DNA of 62,756 nt, filler included, from 7 parts of 7 records of this genome joined end to end with filler, not necessarily neighbours in it, one strand, 5' to 3'; counted from the first letter of the whole stretch, positions 29,242 through 39,348 are shown. The notes: generated by a model not told the origin, from the letters alone. Program-made: numbers and translations.

Positions 29242-30258
29242 GTGTCTATAAGGAATGGCGGCGTCGATTTGAAACCAATAGGAATCATAGCCAACCCCTC
29301 GTCGGGCAAGGACATCCGTCGTCTGGTCGCTCACGGGTCCGTCTTTGACAATAATGAGAAAGTCAATATTGTCAGGCGACTGCTGGCGGCCATGGACTGT
29401 CTGGGCGTGAAAAAAGTATATATCATGCCGGAAAGCTACCAGATCGGGCCCCGGGCGAAAGACGAACTGGACCTTTCATTGGATGTGTCATTTCTGGACA
29501 TGGAAGTAAACGGGGATCAGGACGATTCAACCAGGGCGGCCGGAATAATGGCCGAGTTGGGCGTGGCCTGCATAATAACTCTGGGCGGTGACGGCACCAA
29601 CCGGGTTGTGGCCAAGGCCTGTGGAGACGCGCCCCTGATTCCCATTTCAACCGGCACTAATAATGTCTTCCCGCAAATGGTTGAAGGAACCCTGGCCGGC
29701 ATGGCCGCTTCCGCAATTGCTTCCGGGGCGGTATCCGTACAGGGAGCTTCCCGGCGCGTACCAAGGTTGGAAATCCACAGGGGTGAAGAACTTGTGGACA
29801 TTGCATTGGTGGACCTCGTTGTTGCAGATGACGGCTTCACCGGGTCCCGGGCCATATGGGAAGTATCGTCCTTAAGAGAAATCTTCCTGACCCGGGCTCA
29901 GCCGGCCAACATAGGTTTTTCATCCATAGGAGGCCAGCTATGCCCGCTGCCGTCAGATTCGGGCAAGGCCCTGCATTTGAAAGTCGGCCCGAAAGGCTGT
30001 CTGGTCCGGGCGCCCATTGCTCCGGGACTGTTATGCAGCCTGCCCGTGGCCGATCACAGGGTCTTTGAAAGCGGGGAAGACATTCCCCTGTCCAATACGC
30101 CTTGCATGATCGCTCTTGACGGCGAACGGGAAATGAACGTGCAGGCGGGCGACAGGCTTTCCATAAGGCTTAATCCGGACGGGCCGGTTGTGCTGGATAT
30201 TGAAAAAATTTTGGAAAAAGCCGCCGAAAAAGGATTCTTTGTCGTGGATGGAGAATGA
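29242..30258 (+). CDS. acoX: Acetoin catabolism protein X (ATP-NAD kinase/AcoX family)
   Basis: GIIANPSSGKDIRRLVA, LGGDGTNR, STGTNNVFP, ALDGERE. Confidence 0.88.
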   Translation: MSIRNGGVDLKPIGIIANPSSGKDIRRLVAHGSVFDNNEKVNIVRRLLAAMDCLGVKKVYIMPESYQIGPRAKDELDLSLDVSFLDMEVNGDQDDSTRAAGIMAELGVACIITLGGDGTNRVVAKACGDAPLIPISTGTNNVFPQMVEGTLAGMAASAIASGAVSVQGASRRVPRLEIHRGEELVDIALVDLVVADDGFTGSRAIWEVSSLREIFLTRAQPANIGFSSIGGQLCPLPSDSGKALHLKVGPKGCLVRAPIAPGLLCSLPVADHRVFESGEDIPLSNTPCMIALDGEREMNVQAGDRLSIRLNPDGPVVLDIEKILEKAAEKGFFVVDGE

Positions 30259-30360
30259 AATATCGGCCGGATATACGAGAATAACCCTGATTAATTCAGT
30301 TGGATTTGTTGTTTAACACTATCGGCTTTATGAGCCGCTCAAATTAGAAGGAGAAAAGTG

Positions 30361-31341
30361 ATGAAACTGGAAAAGGAACAGTTGCTGAAACTTTACACAA
30401 ACCTGGTCCGCACGCGCATGTTTGACCAGGCAGCCGTAAAGTGGCTGGCCGCCGGTAAACTCCTGTCATTTTACCACCCCGCCTTCGGAGGTGAAGCGCC
30501 CGGCGTTGGGGGTACAACCTTTTTGAATGACGACGACGTTGTATATCCTCACTTGAGAGGTCACGGCTTGCCCCACCTGATCGGCAAGGGCTGTTCACCC
30601 AAAACTTACATGGCCGAACACTGCGGGCGTGTTACCGGATCGGCTAACGGACTTGGCGGCGTGCACGCCGAGTACCCGGATAAGGGCATCATGGGCGGAG
30701 GAGGAACAATCGGTTCCGGCTTCCCGGTCAGCGCCGGCTGGGGCGTTGCCGCCAAAAAGAACGGAAGAGGCCAGGTCGTGGTCTGCTTTTTCGGCGACGG
30801 AACGTCCAACAGGGGCACCTTCCATGAAGCCGCCAACATGGCCGCGGTCTGGAAGCTCCCAATTGTATGGGTATGTGAAAACAACGGCATCGCCCAGTAC
30901 GTGCCTATTAAAGACGCCTACCCCCTTGACGACCTGGCCAGCCTGGCCGCCGGTTACGGTATGCCCGGTGTTGTTGTGGACGGTCAGGATGTAGTTGCCG
31001 TGGCCGAAGCGGTTATGGCCGCGGTGGAACGCGCCCGCGATGGAAAGGGGCCTTCCTTTATCGAATGCAAAACATCCCGTTTCAGCGCCCACGGCGTGGG
31101 CAATCCGGACAAGATTCACGGCGTCCAGAGGGACCCGGCCGAAATCGAGGAGTTGAAAAAGCGGGACCCCATCGAAATCCTTAAAAAGAGGCTGCTTGAG
31201 CAGGGAATCCTTAAGGAAGAAGATGTTGAACGAATCGACGCGGAAGCGAAAGCCGAAGTTGATGATACCGAAAAGTTCATCGATGAAAGCCCGTTCCCGG
31301 ACGATCCGAGCATGTTGGACCGGGCCTTGTACGCGGATTAA
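30361..31341 (+). CDS. TPP-dependent dehydrogenase E1 alpha (AcoA/PdhA family)
   Basis: TPP motif FFGDG...WVCENN, VDGQDV, GPSFIE, RDPI. Confidence 0.9.
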   Translation: MKLEKEQLLKLYTNLVRTRMFDQAAVKWLAAGKLLSFYHPAFGGEAPGVGGTTFLNDDDVVYPHLRGHGLPHLIGKGCSPKTYMAEHCGRVTGSANGLGGVHAEYPDKGIMGGGGTIGSGFPVSAGWGVAAKKNGRGQVVVCFFGDGTSNRGTFHEAANMAAVWKLPIVWVCENNGIAQYVPIKDAYPLDDLASLAAGYGMPGVVVDGQDVVAVAEAVMAAVERARDGKGPSFIECKTSRFSAHGVGNPDKIHGVQRDPAEIEELKKRDPIEILKKRLLEQGILKEEDVERIDAEAKAEVDDTEKFIDESPFPDDPSMLDRALYAD

Positions 31342-31356
31342 GAAGGGAGTTTTACA

Positions 31357-32319
31357 ATGAGAGAAATAATGTACCTGCAGGCCGTAAAAGAGGCCTTGGC
31401 TGAAGAAATGGAAAGGGATGAATCCGTATTCCTGATCGGGGAAGGCGTGCAGACCGGCACTTTCGGCACTACCACCGGGCTGGTCGATCAATTCGGCCCC
31501 GAGAGGATCATGGACGCCCCCCTGGCGGAAACCGCCATTGCCGGCGTGGCCGTGGGAGCGGCTTTAATGGGATACCGGCCGGTGGCCGACCTGATGTTCG
31601 CGGATTTCATGTATTGTTGCGCGGACGAAGTATTGCTCAAGGCTTCCCAATGGCGTCTCATCCAGGGCGGAACCCAGAGCGTGCCCTGTGTATTTCTGGG
31701 CGCCATCGGCGGATACCGCAAGTTGGGCAACGAGCATTCACAGTGTCCTTTTTCATTAGTTCTTCACACTCCCGGCCTCAAGCTGGCCGTCCCTTCCAAC
31801 CCGTACGACGCCAAGGGCCTGTTAAAAACCGCTATACGGGACAATAACCCCGTGGTCTTTTTCTTCCACAAGGGTCTGCTGGGGTTGACCGGCGAAGTGC
31901 CCGACGAGGAATATACGGTCCCGTTCGGCAAGGCCGACATAAAAAGGGAAGGGACCGACGTCACTGTGTTGGCGACGTCATTCATGGTTTTCTGGGCCAT
32001 GGCCGCGGCCGAGCACCTTAAGGACAAGATTAGCGTCGAAGTCATAGATCCCAGAACATTGGAACCGTTCGATCTGGAAACCGTGGTTGAATCGGTCAAG
32101 AAAACCAACAGGCTGGTCATAATAGACGAAGACACAGAACGGTGCGGCTTTGCCGGCGAACTGGGCATGCAGATCATGGAACATGCATTTGATTATCTGG
32201 ATGCGCCGGTCAAGAGAGTATGTTCGGCCAACTATCCCATTCCCGGCGGCGTGATGGAAAAATACGTGCTTCCTCAACCGGAGCAGATCATCGCGGCCAT
32301 TGAAGAGGTCATGGAATAG
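31357..32319 (+). CDS. Dehydrogenase E1 beta (AcoB/PdhB family)
   Basis: DAPLAE, RPVADLMFADF, HSQ, DAKGLL, IDPRTL. Confidence 0.9.
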   Translation: MREIMYLQAVKEALAEEMERDESVFLIGEGVQTGTFGTTTGLVDQFGPERIMDAPLAETAIAGVAVGAALMGYRPVADLMFADFMYCCADEVLLKASQWRLIQGGTQSVPCVFLGAIGGYRKLGNEHSQCPFSLVLHTPGLKLAVPSNPYDAKGLLKTAIRDNNPVVFFFHKGLLGLTGEVPDEEYTVPFGKADIKREGTDVTVLATSFMVFWAMAAAEHLKDKISVEVIDPRTLEPFDLETVVESVKKTNRLVIIDEDTERCGFAGELGMQIMEHAFDYLDAPVKRVCSANYPIPGGVMEKYVLPQPEQIIAAIEEVME

Positions 32320-32457
32320 AATATCCATTTCCGCGGAATCGAATTGTTATTGGGCCTGTTTATATAAAAAGAACAACGGATGCAATGCAACCAGGTCCGG
32401 CCCTTGGCCGGCCCTGGTCGGGCCCATTCTTTGCTCATTCAAAAGGAGAATTTTCAG

Positions 32458-33711
32458 ATGGCGAACGAAATTGTAATCCCCAAGCTGGGAATGACCATGG
32501 CCAGCGCCAAAGTCGCCGAATGGGTCGCCAAGGAAGGCGATTGGGTCGAAGAAAACCAGATCGTGCTGGTCATTGAAACGGAAAAGGTAACCTATGAAGT
32601 CGAAGCCCTGTCTTCCGGATACCTGCATATAATAGCCGCGCCGGAAACCGTGGCCGCCGTGGGCGAAGCTGTTGGCCTGCTCGCCGGTGACAAGGAAGAA
32701 CTTGAAGAACTGCAAAAACAGCAGCCTGCTCCAGCCGGGACCCCTGTTTCCACAGAAGATACGGCGCCAAAGGAAGCTGCGGCTGAAAAAGCCGCTCCCG
32801 CAGCCGGCGAACGGGTTAAAATATCTCCTCTGGCTAAAAAAATCGCCGGGGAACACGGCCTCGACTACTCGAGAATAAAGGGTTCGGGACCCGGAGGCCG
32901 GATTAAAAAAGTTGACGTGGAAAAAGCGTTGGCCGATAAGGCGTCCGCACCCGCGACCGTCGCACCGGTGGACGACGGGTTTGACGTTGTGGACGGCAAA
33001 AGGGTCAAGGCCGTGCTTCCGCTCACCGGTATCAGGGGCGTTATTGCCGATCACATGCAGCGCAGCCTGGCCGGATCCGCCCAGCTTACAACCATGGGCG
33101 AAATCGAAGTCGGGGCCATGGTCAAACTTCGGGAATCCTATAAGGCCAGGGAAGCTTCCATCGGCCTCCGCATATCTTATACCGATATCCTGGTGTATAT
33201 CCTGGCCAGGGCGCTCAAGGACAATCCGATCATGAATTCCAGCCTGGTCGACGGCGAGATCAAGCTATGGGAAGATATCAATATCGGCGTGGCCGTCTCC
33301 CTGCCCTGGCAGGAATGGGACGCCGGCCTGGTTGTGCCCGTGATTTACAACGCGGACAAGCTTTCCCTGTTGGAAATAAGTAAAAAGTTGAAAGAGCTCA
33401 GGGAAAAGGCCGTATCCGGAACCCTGGCCCTTGATGAGATCACCGGCGGCACATTCACTATTTCCAACGTTGGCGGATTCGGCAAGGGATACTTCTTTAA
33501 CACGCCGATCATCAACCAGCCCCAGTCAGCCATTTTGGGCGTCGGCCCCATTCTTGACCGGCCGGTGGTGGAAGACGGAGAAATCGTGGTCCAATCGCTG
33601 ATGAATATCAGCCTCACTTTCGACCACCGTATAATAAACGGAGCTCCCATAGGTAAATTCTTGGGGCGCGTGGCCGAGTTCGCCGCCGATCCCGGTATGC
33701 TGCTGTTATAA
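32458..33711 (+). CDS. Dihydrolipoamide acyltransferase E2 (lipoyl, E3-binding and catalytic domains)
   Basis: Start MANEIVIPKLG after AAGGAG; lipoyl Lys in IETEKV; GSGPGGRI; GGTFTISN; FDHRIING. Confidence 0.92.
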   Translation: MANEIVIPKLGMTMASAKVAEWVAKEGDWVEENQIVLVIETEKVTYEVEALSSGYLHIIAAPETVAAVGEAVGLLAGDKEELEELQKQQPAPAGTPVSTEDTAPKEAAAEKAAPAAGERVKISPLAKKIAGEHGLDYSRIKGSGPGGRIKKVDVEKALADKASAPATVAPVDDGFDVVDGKRVKAVLPLTGIRGVIADHMQRSLAGSAQLTTMGEIEVGAMVKLRESYKAREASIGLRISYTDILVYILARALKDNPIMNSSLVDGEIKLWEDINIGVAVSLPWQEWDAGLVVPVIYNADKLSLLEISKKLKELREKAVSGTLALDEITGGTFTISNVGGFGKGYFFNTPIINQPQSAILGVGPILDRPVVEDGEIVVQSLMNISLTFDHRIINGAPIGKFLGRVAEFAADPGMLLL

Positions 33712-33800
33712 AAAATACATGTAAACCCTGCCCGGCGAATATTGCCAGAGGCAGGGTTAGATATGTTTAAATCAGAATATGAAATCATCGAGGTGTATAT

Positions 33801-35171
33801 ATGTATGATGTCGTTGTAATCGGCGGCGGACCGGGAGGTTATGCAGCCGGAATCCGCGTCTCCCAACTGGGAGGCAAGGCGGCCCTGGTTGAAGCCGGCG
33901 ATCTTGGAGGCACGTGCGTCAATCACGGATGCATCCCTTCCAAGGTGTGGATGCACGCGGCCGATCTTATGCGGCGAATTCGCGGTTCCGAGGATTTCGG
34001 GATAAAGACTACCATAGATAAGGTTGATCTCCAGGCGGTGGTTGACCGTAAAAACGGCGTGGGCGCCGACATCCGCACCGGCATGGAAGCCCTTTTGGCT
34101 AATAATGGAGTGGAACTTATCCGGGGGCGGGGAGTGGTTAAGGGCCCCGGTAAAGTGGAAGCTGATGGAAAAATATTAGAAACAAAAAATATTATTCTGG
34201 CTTCGGGCAGCAGCCTCCATATTCCTGATATCCCAGGCCTTTCAGAAAACTCCTTAACCAGCGACCAGGTTCTCAATAACACTGAAACGCCCGGTTCCGT
34301 CCTCATCTGGGGCGCCGGGCCCATTGAAGTTGAGATAGCAGGTTTTCTGAATGTTTTCGGGGCCAAGGTCTTTTTGGCGACCGATGCCCCCCGAATACTG
34401 CCCATGGAAGATCATGACGCCAGTCAGAGAATAACCCAGGCCCTGAAAGAACAAGGCCTGGAAATCATGACCAGGGCGTCGCTTGCTTCAGTTCAAAAAA
34501 AGAATGGATCTTGTGAAGCGGTTTTTAGCGCTCCGAAAGAACAAACCCTGGAAGTGGAACAGGTTGTTGTTGCTTCCAGGAAGCCCAATACAAAAGGCCT
34601 GGGCCTTGAACAGGCCGGAGTAAAGCTGAATGAAGACGGCGGCGTGGACGTTTCCGCTAAACTTGAAACATCCGTCCCCGGCATATACGCCATCGGCGAT
34701 GTCACTGGAGGATGGATGCTCAGCCATGCCGCTTCGGCCATGGCTGTAACCGCGGCCCAGAACATAATGGGCCAGCCCTGCGAATTCGCCTTTAATCAGG
34801 TTTCCAGGGGCTTGTGGACTTTTCCCGAAGCAGCCGCCGTGGGATTGTCCGAGGAAGAAGCCGAAAAACAAGGTTATGACGTGGAAGTCGGCGACTTCCC
34901 TTACGCCATTAACGGCCTGGCCATGTCCAGGGGCGAGATCGCCGGTTCGGTCAAGATAGTGACCGAATCTCAATACGGCGAAATTCTGGGCGTGCATATC
35001 GTTGGATCCGGCGCCACCGAGCTTATTGGAGAAGCGGCGCTGGCCATCCATCTGGAATGCACTGCCGAAGAACTGGCTCAAAATATCCGTGTGCACCCCA
35101 CTTTTTCCGAAGCAGTGGTCGATGCGGCCCGGGACGCCATGGGTTGGGCTTTGTACCTGCCTAAAAGATAA
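33801..35171 (+). CDS. lpdA: Dihydrolipoamide dehydrogenase E3 with atypical NAD-binding motif
   Basis: FAD motif GGGPGG, redox disulfide GGTCVNHGCIPSK, HPTFSE; second Rossmann motif reads GAGPIEVE. Confidence 0.9.
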   Translation: MYDVVVIGGGPGGYAAGIRVSQLGGKAALVEAGDLGGTCVNHGCIPSKVWMHAADLMRRIRGSEDFGIKTTIDKVDLQAVVDRKNGVGADIRTGMEALLANNGVELIRGRGVVKGPGKVEADGKILETKNIILASGSSLHIPDIPGLSENSLTSDQVLNNTETPGSVLIWGAGPIEVEIAGFLNVFGAKVFLATDAPRILPMEDHDASQRITQALKEQGLEIMTRASLASVQKKNGSCEAVFSAPKEQTLEVEQVVVASRKPNTKGLGLEQAGVKLNEDGGVDVSAKLETSVPGIYAIGDVTGGWMLSHAASAMAVTAAQNIMGQPCEFAFNQVSRGLWTFPEAAAVGLSEEEAEKQGYDVEVGDFPYAINGLAMSRGEIAGSVKIVTESQYGEILGVHIVGSGATELIGEAALAIHLECTAEELAQNIRVHPTFSEAVVDAARDAMGWALYLPKR

Positions 35172-35190
35172 AACGCCGGAAAAGATCGAA

Positions 35191-35216
35191 AACCCGGACA
35201 GACTTCTGTCCGGGTT
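35191..35216. terminator. Perfect hairpin between lpd and the cytochrome gene (terminator or mRNA stabiliser)
   Basis: AACCCGGACAGA-CT-TCTGTCCGGGTT, with no clear U-tail. Confidence 0.5.
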
Positions 35217-35226
35217 CAATTGAATT

Positions 35227-36912
35227 ATGAAATATAAAATCGCTTTAATTGTCGCTGTACTTGCGTTAGTGCTTTTTCATTGTTCACCCGCAATGTCTTC
35301 CTGGCTGATCGACCCGGAGAGTTTTCATGTTTCCGTGCACGGGGCCTTGTCCTGCGCGGATTGTCATGAAGATATACCCGATAAGGAAAGCCACCCGGAC
35401 CCGAACGCGGTCAAGGGAAAAAAGGGAAAGGAATTTAATCCGGACAGATGCGCGGCTTGTCATGATGATGTGGATACCATGCTTGATGATGGCGTTCACG
35501 GCGGAAGAAAAATTGAAACAGCAGCACAGATTAACAACTGCTTAAAGTGTCATGACCCTCACTATGAATTGGCGAAAGAGCAGGACAATAAAGAATTCGA
35601 CCCCATGGCTCCGCCGGAGAGCCAATGCGCCGTCTGTCATGAACTGCAGACCAAAACTCCGGCCCTGGCCGGCGAAGACGCACAGTGTCTGGCCTGCCAC
35701 TCTTCAGGCCTGACCAAGGGCATAGGCCGGGATCAAATCTGCGCGACTTGTCATGAATCAAAGGGAAACTTTGTAAATCGGGAAACAAAACCTCCTGTTC
35801 CACATTTTTCTTTTTCAGAAATTGATTCTTCCGACCATAAGGATCTGTCTTGTCTGGATTGCCATTTAAAGGCCGCGCAATACAATCACGATCGGCAGGT
35901 TCCTGTGAACTGCCTGGCCTGTCATGACCGACACGGCGAGAGGCAGGCCCATGATGCACATTTGGGGATTTCCTGCGCGCGCTGTCATATTCCCGGAGCC
36001 CCGCCATTTTCCAATCCGGCTGATGGGCGACTTAATATTCATGGATTTGGAGAAGATGAGGCGGACAATGGCTGTATGCGTTGTCATCACCAGGGAAACG
36101 ATCTTGGCGCATCATCGGTTGCGCTGCCGGCCAAGAGCGTCATATGCATGCCTTGTCATTCTGCTTCCCTGACTGTTGGCGACGGCGTTTCATTAACCGC
36201 TCTGATTATTTTTGGAATAGGTTTGCTTTTTTCCGGCATGGTCTGGTTTTCCGGTTCGGCCGTGGAAAGCAGCGGCAAAAAGCGGGCGTCGTTCCTGAGA
36301 GCAATTCCCTCGGCTTTAAAGTCGGTTTTACTGGACGCCTTACTGCAGCGCAGGTTGTTCAAACGTTCAAAAGCACGTTGGCTGATACATGCTCTCATTT
36401 TCTGGCCATTTGTATTCAGATTCCTGTGGGGGCTTACAGCGCTTTTGGGAACGGCTTTGGCGCCGGACCTTGCGGGCGTCTGGAACATGATAGATAAAAA
36501 TAATCCCCTTGGCGGATTCCTGTTCGACCTTTCCGGAATTCTAGTGTTGATCGGCGCCGGGGCCGCTGTTTTGCGAGGGTTGTTATCATCTCGAAAAACC
36601 ATTCCCGGCTTGCCGGGCAAGGATTTCCTCGCCCTGATTCTGCTCGGCGGCATGATGGCTACGGGCTTCATTGTCGAAGGCATGAGGATTGCCATGACAG
36701 GCTTCCCGGCTGGCTCGGAATGCGCCTTTATCGGCCGGTCAATTGGTTTTGTTTTGTCAGACATTGAAGGATTAACCGATATCTACGCCTGGTTCTGGTA
36801 TGGTCATGCGGTTTTTGTGGGCCTTTTTGTCGCCTGGCTGCCTTTCAGCCGCATGTTTCACATTATTACGGCGCCGATTGTGGCCGCGATAAATGCATCG
36901 GATAAGCATTAG
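35227..36912 (+). CDS. Multiheme cytochrome c (11 CxxCH) fused to a NarI/HdrE/DsrM-like membrane cytochrome b domain
   Basis: Signal peptide; 11 CxxCH motifs counted; C-terminal TM region with WLIHALIFW, WYGH and LPFSRMFHI. Confidence 0.85.
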   Translation: MKYKIALIVAVLALVLFHCSPAMSSWLIDPESFHVSVHGALSCADCHEDIPDKESHPDPNAVKGKKGKEFNPDRCAACHDDVDTMLDDGVHGGRKIETAAQINNCLKCHDPHYELAKEQDNKEFDPMAPPESQCAVCHELQTKTPALAGEDAQCLACHSSGLTKGIGRDQICATCHESKGNFVNRETKPPVPHFSFSEIDSSDHKDLSCLDCHLKAAQYNHDRQVPVNCLACHDRHGERQAHDAHLGISCARCHIPGAPPFSNPADGRLNIHGFGEDEADNGCMRCHHQGNDLGASSVALPAKSVICMPCHSASLTVGDGVSLTALIIFGIGLLFSGMVWFSGSAVESSGKKRASFLRAIPSALKSVLLDALLQRRLFKRSKARWLIHALIFWPFVFRFLWGLTALLGTALAPDLAGVWNMIDKNNPLGGFLFDLSGILVLIGAGAAVLRGLLSSRKTIPGLPGKDFLALILLGGMMATGFIVEGMRIAMTGFPAGSECAFIGRSIGFVLSDIEGLTDIYAWFWYGHAVFVGLFVAWLPFSRMFHIITAPIVAAINASDKH

Positions 36913-36924
36913 GAGAAATATACA

Positions 36925-37347
36925 ATGGAAATACAAGGATATGTTCTGCCCGATGATCTGTATTACGATCGGGATCATTACTGGATAAAGGAAGAAGGCG
37001 ATTTGCTGGTCATGGGAATGAATGACTTTGCTCAAAAACTGGCCGGTGAAATTGTATACGTGCAACTGCCTTTTGAAGGTAAAAAGCTCACGGCTGGAAA
37101 AAAGTTTGCCGCGGTGGAATCCGGCAAGTGGGTCGGCAAGGTCTTTGCCCCTGTTTCAGGCGAGATCGTGGAGTCGAACGTTGCTCTTGAAGGCCAACCC
37201 GGCCTGATCAATCAGGATTGCTACGGCAGCGGCTGGATGTATAAGCTGCGGCCGAACGACATTTCCGATCTGGGAAACCTGATTCAAGGCGCCGAAGCAG
37301 TGGAAAAGTGGCTTCTATCTGAGATAGAAAAGCACAACGCAAGTTAA
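36925..37347 (+). CDS. GcvH-like lipoyl carrier protein
   Basis: DLYY..DHYW, GMNDFAQ, lipoyl-Lys in VESGKWVG, APVSGEI, YGSGW; no gcvT or gcvP nearby. Confidence 0.88.
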   Translation: MEIQGYVLPDDLYYDRDHYWIKEEGDLLVMGMNDFAQKLAGEIVYVQLPFEGKKLTAGKKFAAVESGKWVGKVFAPVSGEIVESNVALEGQPGLINQDCYGSGWMYKLRPNDISDLGNLIQGAEAVEKWLLSEIEKHNAS

Positions 37348-37349
37348 AA

Positions 37350-38537
37350 GTGGCTGTCAAGGATTATAAAAGAAGACAACTGCTGGAAATGGACGCATGC
37401 ACAAACTGCGGGATGTGTGTGGAAGTTTGCCCGGCAGTGGAAGCTTCCAGCGACGGGCGGCTGTCCGGAGTTTACAGGATTGACGGTTTGCGGCGCCTAC
37501 TGCGACGCCGCTCCGGGTTGCTATCCCGTTTTGTGAAAAACGAAGATTTGTCCGAAAAAATGACCGATTTCGGCCGGACTGTTTTCTCCTGCACCTTGTG
37601 CGCGAATTGCCAGGAAGTTTGTCCGGTCGGACTGGGACTGAAAGACATGTGGTGTTCAGCCCGGGCCGACATTGTTCATGAAGAATCAGGGCCGCAAAAG
37701 ATAACCATGATCCGTGACAACCTGTTATCAAGCCGCAACGTGTTTGATGAGGAAAACGAAGAAAGAGCGGAATGGGTTGAAGATCTTCGCGATCCGCCGG
37801 ACGACGGATATGTCCGGGAGCGGGCGGAAGTGGTTTATTTTACCGGCTGCGTAGCATCCTTCTTTCCCCTGGCCCAGAAAATACCCATGAACCTGGCCGA
37901 AATTTTCGAAATGTGCGATGTGGATTTCACATTGCTGGGCGAAGATGAATGGTGCTGCGGCTTCCCCCTTTTGGGCGCGGGACTGAAAGAATACATGCAG
38001 GAATTCATTGACCACAACATGAATGCGGTCAGGTCAAGAGGCGCCCGAAAAATAGTCTTCGCCTGCCCGTCCTGTTACCAGATGTGGAAAGAACATTATC
38101 CGCCGGAATTTGAAATAGCACACGCTACAGAATTTCTGAAGGATTTGATACAAAAACGTCAATTGGATGCACCCGGGTTGAATCTGAAAGTGACTTACCA
38201 TGACCCCTGCGACCTTGGCCGGGGCGCCCGCGTGTTTGACGCACCCAGGCAGGTTATTCGCTCCCTGCCCGGTGTCGAACTTGTGGAATTGCCTGGAAAC
38301 CGCGAAAACTGCCGGTGCTGCGGCGGAGGCGGCAACCTGGAAATGATCGACCCCGATCTTTCCAGGGAAATAACCAGGCTTAAAATTGAGGACGTCCTTT
38401 CAACGGGCGCTCAGGCCGTGGTCACCGGCTGCCAGCAGTGCGTGCGCACCATGACCGGTTATGTCCGCAAGAATAATACGCCCATTGAAGTAATGGATAT
38501 TACCCAGCTGGTTCATAGCGCCCTGAAAGGCAAGTAA
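37350..38537 (+). CDS. HdrD/GlpC-like Fe-S oxidoreductase (two [4Fe-4S] motifs + two CCG domains)
   Basis: CTNCGMCVEVCP, CTLCANCQEVCP, EWCCG...CPSC, YHDPC...CCGGGG...CQQC. Confidence 0.9.
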   Translation: MAVKDYKRRQLLEMDACTNCGMCVEVCPAVEASSDGRLSGVYRIDGLRRLLRRRSGLLSRFVKNEDLSEKMTDFGRTVFSCTLCANCQEVCPVGLGLKDMWCSARADIVHEESGPQKITMIRDNLLSSRNVFDEENEERAEWVEDLRDPPDDGYVRERAEVVYFTGCVASFFPLAQKIPMNLAEIFEMCDVDFTLLGEDEWCCGFPLLGAGLKEYMQEFIDHNMNAVRSRGARKIVFACPSCYQMWKEHYPPEFEIAHATEFLKDLIQKRQLDAPGLNLKVTYHDPCDLGRGARVFDAPRQVIRSLPGVELVELPGNRENCRCCGGGGNLEMIDPDLSREITRLKIEDVLSTGAQAVVTGCQQCVRTMTGYVRKNNTPIEVMDITQLVHSALKGK

Positions 38538-38590
38538 GGCGCCGCTAGCAAACCACCCCCAAAAAGCTATATGGCCCAATCTCTGCGTCA

Positions 38591-38690
38591 NNNNNNNNNN
38601 NNNNNNNNNNNNNNNNNNNNNNNNNNNNNNNNNNTTAATTAATTAANNNNNNNNNNNNNNNNNNNNNNNNNNNNNNNNNNNNNNNNNNNN
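38591..38690. other. Artificial contig linker
   Basis: N44-TTAATTAATTAA-N44. Confidence 0.98.
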
Positions 38691-39348
38691 CCACCATGGT
38701 CTCGCCGATGGCCCGGGACATGCCAAGGATGACCGCCGTGCAGATACCGGAGATGGAGGCGGGCAGAATCACCCGGACAATGGTCTCAAGATGGGTGGCG
38801 CCCAGGGCGAAGGACGCCTCCTTCAAGGCCTGGGGCACACTGAAGATGGCATCCTCGGACACGCTGCAGATGGTGGGGATGGACATGAAGGCCAGCATCA
38901 GGGAGGCGTTGAACAGGTTGAGCCCCACCGGGATGTCAAACGCCTTCTGGATAAAGGGGGCCACCACCACCATGCCGAAAAATCCGATCACCACCGACGG
39001 CATGGAGGCCATGAGCTCCACCACGGGCTTGACGATCTCGGCCGTTCGTCTCGATGCGATCTCCGCAAGAAAAACCGCCGTCATCACCCCCAGGGGGATG
39101 GACACCACGCCGGAAAGCAGGGTGACAAGGAAAGAGCCCACGATCAACGGAAAAATGCCAAAATCCGCCGGTTCCGAGGTGGGGTACCAATAGATCCCGA
39201 AAACAAACTCCCTGAACGACACATGCTTGAGTATGGGCAGCCCCTCAAACACGAGAAACGCCATGATCAGGAAGAGGGCTGTGATGGAAAAAAGCGCGAT
39301 CGCCATGAAGCTGAAGTTCACTATTTTCTCAATGGTTTGCTGTTTCAA
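38691..39348 (-). CDS. pstC: Phosphate ABC permease, 3' truncated
   Basis: WYPT...FGIFPLIVGS, ELMASMPSVVIG, EASFALGAT, SRAIGETM. Confidence 0.92.

Noticed and set aside
36925-37347. Glycine cleavage system
   Set aside because: No gcvT or gcvP in the contig; the ESGKWVG motif and Hdr-like context point to another role.
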